Shown here: positions 57,533 through 62,017 of the stretch, in pieces
Numbering within the stretch: position 1 is the first letter of the stretch
How the letters are laid out: every line of letters begins with the position of its first letter
Virus record (IMG/VR): IMGVR_UViG_3300038530_002154
Span: 1 to 62,017 of that record
DNA length: 62,017 bases
Direction: 5' to 3' (one strand)
From: a virus
Taxonomy: Duplodnaviria > Caudoviricetes
Notes under the pieces: generated by a model
Databases searched by the model: none
Told to the model about the DNA's origin: nothing
The model's input: only the letters and a program-made list of their open reading frames with translations
Translations under genes and position numbers: made by a program

Positions 57533-58657
57533 TTAAACATTTTTTTTACTTCTAATTCTCAATCCTCTACCGCTTGTACCTGAAATGTGTCTTGCTTTAA
57601 AACCACCTTCACTAATTTTTTGAGGCGTCTGCCTTATGTCTGTGTTGATGTTTTTACTCTTTTTCGAAACATCATCAATAGCATCTGCCTTGCCTTGCTC
57701 ATAAAAATACTGAGCAAATTTTTCAGGATCCATAGCTGCACTAAGTGCCCTATGCCACCCTTTAGCGTCACTGACTAAACCATCATCACCTACATATTTT
57801 TTTACAAAATTATTTAGGTTACTTTGTTTAGACTTCATTTCTAGAGCATCCCCATATGCGTATGATATTTTTTTATCTCCTACATTGAACTCAAAACCTT
57901 TGAACTCGGAATCAAAAACTTTATCAGTTTGCTTCAAAAAGTATTCATTCTTTTGTTGGGCGCTCTCACTAGCTGTTTTGGATTTTTTGAGAGCCTCTCT
58001 ATAAGTATTCAATTCTTCTAAAAGCTTTTCATCAACAGTATTCCCGCTTGACTCAAGAGGAACACTATATGTGTCGCTGAATTCTTTTAGATATTTTCTT
58101 GCTTTCGATATCTCTCTTTTTTTTGCAATATTCTTTTTCTTTTTTACATCAGGCTCATCTAACTCCTCATCATATCCGAACTTATCGTTCATCAAATATT
58201 CAATGTCCTCTGAGTCTAGATCATTTTCAGTCAAAGAATAATACTCTTTAAGTAGTTGGTCATCAGATAAACTCGTATAATCTCTATTCGCTTTTACAAA
58301 ATCTGAAAAACCTCTACCTGTTTTCTTTTTGAAATCCAAATATTTTGATACGTCTTCTGGAAGAGGATCGTTTTGCTCTTTATTAGCAAACAAATCATCA
58401 ACAGAAGAAATATCTTTGTCATATCTATTTTTAATAAATTTAAGAACGTCTTCGTCTTTTATAGTTGGACTTTCAACTACCGATTCTTCATCGGCACTTT
58501 GTTCTACAGGCTGCTCTTCAACAGGTTCCGTAGATGTTTCCTCTTTTGCCTCTACAGCATCAGAGTTTTCTTCTTCATGTTTTTTTAGTAGTTGTTCTTC
58601 TACTTCCTGCACAGACTTCTCTTCTACAGGATTTACTTCTTTTACTTTAAATTCCAT
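57533..58657 (-). CDS. Capsid scaffolding protein
   Basis: Acidic low-complexity N-terminus, helical; lies between portal and capsid genes. Confidence 0.75.
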   Translation of the reverse strand: MEFKVKEVNPVEEKSVQEVEEQLLKKHEEENSDAVEAKEETSTEPVEEQPVEQSADEESVVESPTIKDEDVLKFIKNRYDKDISSVDDLFANKEQNDPLPEDVSKYLDFKKKTGRGFSDFVKANRDYTSLSDDQLLKEYYSLTENDLDSEDIEYLMNDKFGYDEELDEPDVKKKKNIAKKREISKARKYLKEFSDTYSVPLESSGNTVDEKLLEELNTYREALKKSKTASESAQQKNEYFLKQTDKVFDSEFKGFEFNVGDKKISYAYGDALEMKSKQSNLNNFVKKYVGDDGLVSDAKGWHRALSAAMDPEKFAQYFYEQGKADAIDDVSKKSKNINTDIRQTPQKISEGGFKARHISGTSGRGLRIRSKKNV

Positions 58658-58673
58658 TTTATTTAATTTTTTA

Positions 58674-58681
58674 CAAAGTTA
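58674..58681 (-). promoter_or_regulatory. Bacteroidota -7 promoter element TAACTTTG
   Basis: 17 nt before the scaffold start. Confidence 0.7.
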
Positions 58682-58708
58682 ATACTAAATTTAATACCCT
58701 TTTTAAGG

Positions 58709-61144
58709 CTATCTCGGTTCAAACTCAGCTAAATCAAAACCGTCTAAACTATCTTCATTAGACTCAAAACTTACAGGCGGTAAATTGTTTTTACGTTGCT
58801 CTATAAGCTTTGATTGTTCAGTATTAGCTTGAGATATTCTTTCAGACTTGGCTTTTTCTCTTTGATCCTCTCTTTCTTTAAGTCCTTTTTGTTGAGCGTT
58901 TTGAATTTGCATTTGCAAGTCAAATTCTAATTTCATGAGCTCTGATTTAATTGCAGCCTCACCTTTCATTTTTTCTACACTGTAAGTAGCTTTTGCCTGT
59001 TCTATTTGCATAGCTGCCTGAGTTTCCATTTGTAATTTCTGCATAGCGGTCTGAGCTGCCATTTGTTGAGACTGCATGTTTATCTGCGCTTGTTGTTGGG
59101 CTGCTGCCGCTTTAGCTTGTTGATCTTGCTCTAGTTTTTGTTTTCTTTTTAATTTTAAAACTTGATTGGCTAATTTAATGTTTCTGATTTCCCTAACATC
59201 TATTGCATCTTCAAGATTAATGTCATTTTTAGAAAGAGCCATTTGAACATTAGCTTCTAGAACTTTTTTCTCTTCTTCATCGGGTAACACCTCAATAAAA
59301 ATACCGAAGTCGCTTAAATACAAGTTGGCGACCTCCTCTAAAATACCTACATTAAATTTACCAACTTGATTAATAAACTCATCTCTAAATTCTGAATATT
59401 CTAATAAATCCGCTATTCTGCTTGATAAAGCAGTGCAAAGTCTTTCAGTTAATGTAAGTCCTGCATCTAAAATATGTCTTGTTGCAGTGTTGCTACTCAA
59501 AGCAGCAAGTTTTTGTAAGCCTACCAAAGCGTAAGTATCAGGTCTAGTTCCGTCTCTTGCTTCATTCAATCCTGTTACATCTCTTAACATAGACATGTAG
59601 TGATTATAAGTAGCGACTAAGCTTTGTATCTTGGCTTGACCAGAGTTTGAGTTTAATTGCTGTATAGGCACCCTAGATTGATTAAAGTCACCATCTTGAG
59701 TGTAACTTCTACCAATAACACTACCTGTTTGAAAAAACATTCGAATTGCATCTTCAGGATTATAGGTTTGACCTGTACCTAAGTCAACCTCGCTTAATCC
59801 GTCTGCATCTATAAAGATTCCATCAGGAACAGTTCTAGCAATGACTTGTTGTAGTTTCAAGTGCGTAACTTGAATCAAATCAGCAAAAGTTATCATTCTT
59901 CTAACTAAAGATTCCACTACACCCTTATACATTCTTGGTGCAGCAGCAATGAATTCAGGATAAACTTCTTGACTTGCAGATTGTGGTCTAGCCATATTTT
60001 CTGCCATTTGCCATTTCAGTAAAATATTTGTTCCCATAACCATAACCCCTTCATACCAAACATCTATAGTTTTGGTCACCTTTACAAACTTTCCTTCTTG
60101 TTGCATTTCTGGAGTTGGATCAAAATCCTGGTCTTTTTCAATAACTTTTTCTGCTCCTAAATTATTTTCTTTTTTCTTATATGTAAAAGTATTCGTGGTT
60201 TTGTAGTTAAAAAATAAACAAGTTGCACTGTCCCTACTAAACATGCTATTGTTATAGTATTGAGCTGTGTTGTTGTAATCATACCAGCTTTGACTGTATT
60301 TTGAAATTTCATCCATGTCTGCATTTGTCAAACTAGGATCTATTTTTTTTAGCTCTATGATTGGCAGTGTTTTAATTTCACCCCAATAAAAACAATCTTT
60401 AAAATTTGGATCTTCTGTGTAGCTATAAACTACATTTGCAGGATCTACATATTCTATAGATATACCTGCGTTTGGCAAGAACCTATGCTTGCACATAGAT
60501 ATCCCTAAAACCATTTGGTCATAGTATAATTGTTTTTGAATATCTTGATATCTGTTTTCAGACAATACAGTGTTTAGTGCCTCTTCCTCTGCTATTTCTA
60601 TCGCAGGCTTGTATTTAAGCTGCATATGTAAGCTTAATTCTTCACTTGTATTTGGTATTTCATCTTCTGGTATGGGAAAAGGATTTATGTTGAAGTCTTT
60701 TTGGAATTGTTGCATCAATGGCTTTGCCTGCATATTTTGACGCATTTCAACCTGATACTGACTTCTTCTATCCAAAGACATTGCGTCTTGAGCGTAGCAA
60801 TTTATTTTAAAAAGTCTTTCTGCCATTCCGTTAACAACTATGTCAACGAATTTTGGAATAATAGGCACAGGAGTCCAGTCTAAATTTAAGTAACTTAAAT
60901 CTCCATCAATTGCTAATTCATTTTTGTATTTTTGAATTGATTGCTCACCGCGAGCATATAGGCGTAGCCTATGAAAGTCAGCCCACTGATTATAAAACCT
61001 ACTTTGACCTCCGTCTTTTCTAAACCATTCATATTGTATGGCTTGCCCTATTTGTAACCCAAATTCAAGGCTTTCCTTAACTTTGTCTGAAACGAATTGA
61101 CTTGGGAAACCTTGGGGGTTTATTGAAATCTTTACATCCTCCAT
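58709..61144 (-). CDS. Portal protein
   Basis: 811 aa directly after terL; PIIPKFVDIVVNG, VTGLNEARDG and a Gln-rich C-terminal coiled coil. Confidence 0.88.
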   Translation of the reverse strand: MEDVKISINPQGFPSQFVSDKVKESLEFGLQIGQAIQYEWFRKDGGQSRFYNQWADFHRLRLYARGEQSIQKYKNELAIDGDLSYLNLDWTPVPIIPKFVDIVVNGMAERLFKINCYAQDAMSLDRRSQYQVEMRQNMQAKPLMQQFQKDFNINPFPIPEDEIPNTSEELSLHMQLKYKPAIEIAEEEALNTVLSENRYQDIQKQLYYDQMVLGISMCKHRFLPNAGISIEYVDPANVVYSYTEDPNFKDCFYWGEIKTLPIIELKKIDPSLTNADMDEISKYSQSWYDYNNTAQYYNNSMFSRDSATCLFFNYKTTNTFTYKKKENNLGAEKVIEKDQDFDPTPEMQQEGKFVKVTKTIDVWYEGVMVMGTNILLKWQMAENMARPQSASQEVYPEFIAAAPRMYKGVVESLVRRMITFADLIQVTHLKLQQVIARTVPDGIFIDADGLSEVDLGTGQTYNPEDAIRMFFQTGSVIGRSYTQDGDFNQSRVPIQQLNSNSGQAKIQSLVATYNHYMSMLRDVTGLNEARDGTRPDTYALVGLQKLAALSSNTATRHILDAGLTLTERLCTALSSRIADLLEYSEFRDEFINQVGKFNVGILEEVANLYLSDFGIFIEVLPDEEEKKVLEANVQMALSKNDINLEDAIDVREIRNIKLANQVLKLKRKQKLEQDQQAKAAAAQQQAQINMQSQQMAAQTAMQKLQMETQAAMQIEQAKATYSVEKMKGEAAIKSELMKLEFDLQMQIQNAQQKGLKEREDQREKAKSERISQANTEQSKLIEQRKNNLPPVSFESNEDSLDGFDLAEFEPR

Positions 61145-62017
61145 TTACTTTATAATTTGGCTAAAACTTCCCCTATTGTCATATCTTGCAAAGTTAAGTT
61201 TTATTTTTGATTTATTTTTAACGGGCTGATATAGGCTTCTTTGGTTAGCCATTATCGCTAAACCTGAGCTTATTGACGCATCAAACTTTGTTCTATTATT
61301 AATATTGAATCTTGCCCAATCGGTTAATGTTCTTGTAAAATACATTGAACCCATTGCGTCAGAGTCTCTAAAAGTTCCTAAAAAATCTATTCCTACATGT
61401 TTTTCTATAAAAGATTCTATTGCAGCTGCATGAGCTTGCTTTATGTCTTCGCTAGAGTTAGGTATACCCCCTAACTCTCTTTCAGATTTTGAAAGCTTAT
61501 TGTAAACTTTATCGGGCCTATTCATAGAATATCCTCTATATCCTCTATTTTTAAAATGATATAACAACCTTGGTTTGTTGTTTTCTATCAACACTGGCAT
61601 ACCATAAAACACACAAGCCATTAAAACATCTTCAAAAAATATTTCTGCTGTTTGAGGTCTAGCTATGTATTCTAAAAAAAACTCGTTTGTAGGCCCTTCA
61701 TCCATATGAAATTTAGTCATGCCGTGCAACGCCCCATTTGATCCGCCACCACCAACTGTACCTGAAATGTCATAACTATCACAACCAAAAGCTCCCATGT
61801 GCTCATTACCAGGGTATTTTAATCCTTTTTTATATATAGTTTTATTTTGTAAATGTTTATTGGGTGTCCATGAAACATAAAATCTTCCACGATCATTAGG
61901 ACTAAATATAACTTCGGTATCTTTTACTCCGTTTTTCCAAGAAAAAGAACCTCTAGTAATCACCTGGTCTTTGATTAAGGATTCATTATAATCTATTTGT
62001 TGATATATTTTTTGTAG
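61145..62017 (-). CDS. terL: Terminase large subunit, C-terminal nuclease part (second allele; open at the window end)
   Basis: GCDSYD, ENNK and KFDA motifs; colinear with 1-863. Confidence 0.9.
   Translation of the reverse strand, partial: LQKIYQQIDYNESLIKDQVITRGSFSWKNGVKDTEVIFSPNDRGRFYVSWTPNKHLQNKTIYKKGLKYPGNEHMGAFGCDSYDISGTVGGGGSNGALHGMTKFHMDEGPTNEFFLEYIARPQTAEIFFEDVLMACVFYGMPVLIENNKPRLLYHFKNRGYRGYSMNRPDKVYNKLSKSERELGGIPNSSEDIKQAHAAAIESFIEKHVGIDFLGTFRDSDAMGSMYFTRTLTDWARFNINNRTKFDASISSGLAIMANQRSLYQPVKNKSKIKLNFARYDNRGSFSQIIK
61155..62017. repeat. Imperfect direct terminal repeat, copy B
   Basis: Matches 1-863 with substitutions. Confidence 0.97.
61189..61196 (-). promoter_or_regulatory. 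Possible internal -7 promoter TAACTTTG for the portal gene
   Basis: Inside the 3' end of terL, 45 nt before the portal ATG; identical in both repeat copies. Confidence 0.5.

Noticed and set aside
1-62017. CRISPR array, tRNA, integrase, reverse transcriptase/DGR, intron, DNA or RNA polymerase
   Set aside because: No regularly spaced repeats, cloverleafs or diagnostic motifs were found by eye. tRNAscan-SE and HMM searches would be needed to exclude divergent cases.

Overview
The window is one essentially complete, AT-rich, circularly permuted tailed-phage genome with a unit length of about 61,154 bp. The first 863 bp reappear at the end as a diverged second allele. Repeated TAnnTTTG promoters and AT-rich translation starts point to a Bacteroidota (probably Flavobacteriia) host. 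The structural gene order (TerL, portal, scaffold, major capsid, two ring/adaptor proteins, P22-gp10-like nozzle, GNAT protein, three ejection proteins) indicates a podovirus. Late genes lie on the minus strand (36848-62017 continuing into 1-17910). They include a YadA-repeat fibre, amidase and holins, GroEL, GroES, a probable tandem-GroES protein and a dense array of tiny cationic genes, many below the ORF-track cutoff. Early and middle genes lie on the plus strand (18454-36832): amidoligase plus GATase-GGCT, a 3D-domain protein, a C5-MTase-like protein, DUF1071 annealase, RecE-like exonuclease, primase-helicase, SF2 helicase, VRR-NUC, two DnaA-domain-IV proteins and a metallophosphoesterase. 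I found no DNA polymerase, integrase, tRNA or CRISPR array. The strongest unexplained signals are a ~710-nt densely helical non-coding region (18922-19634, candidate large structured ncRNA), a heptamer iteron motif shared by a putative origin and the primase start, a palindromic two-way promoter, a long G-quadruplex-capable tract at the early/late divergence, and the cationic micro-gene array. Family names come from recognised motifs only; no database searches were run.
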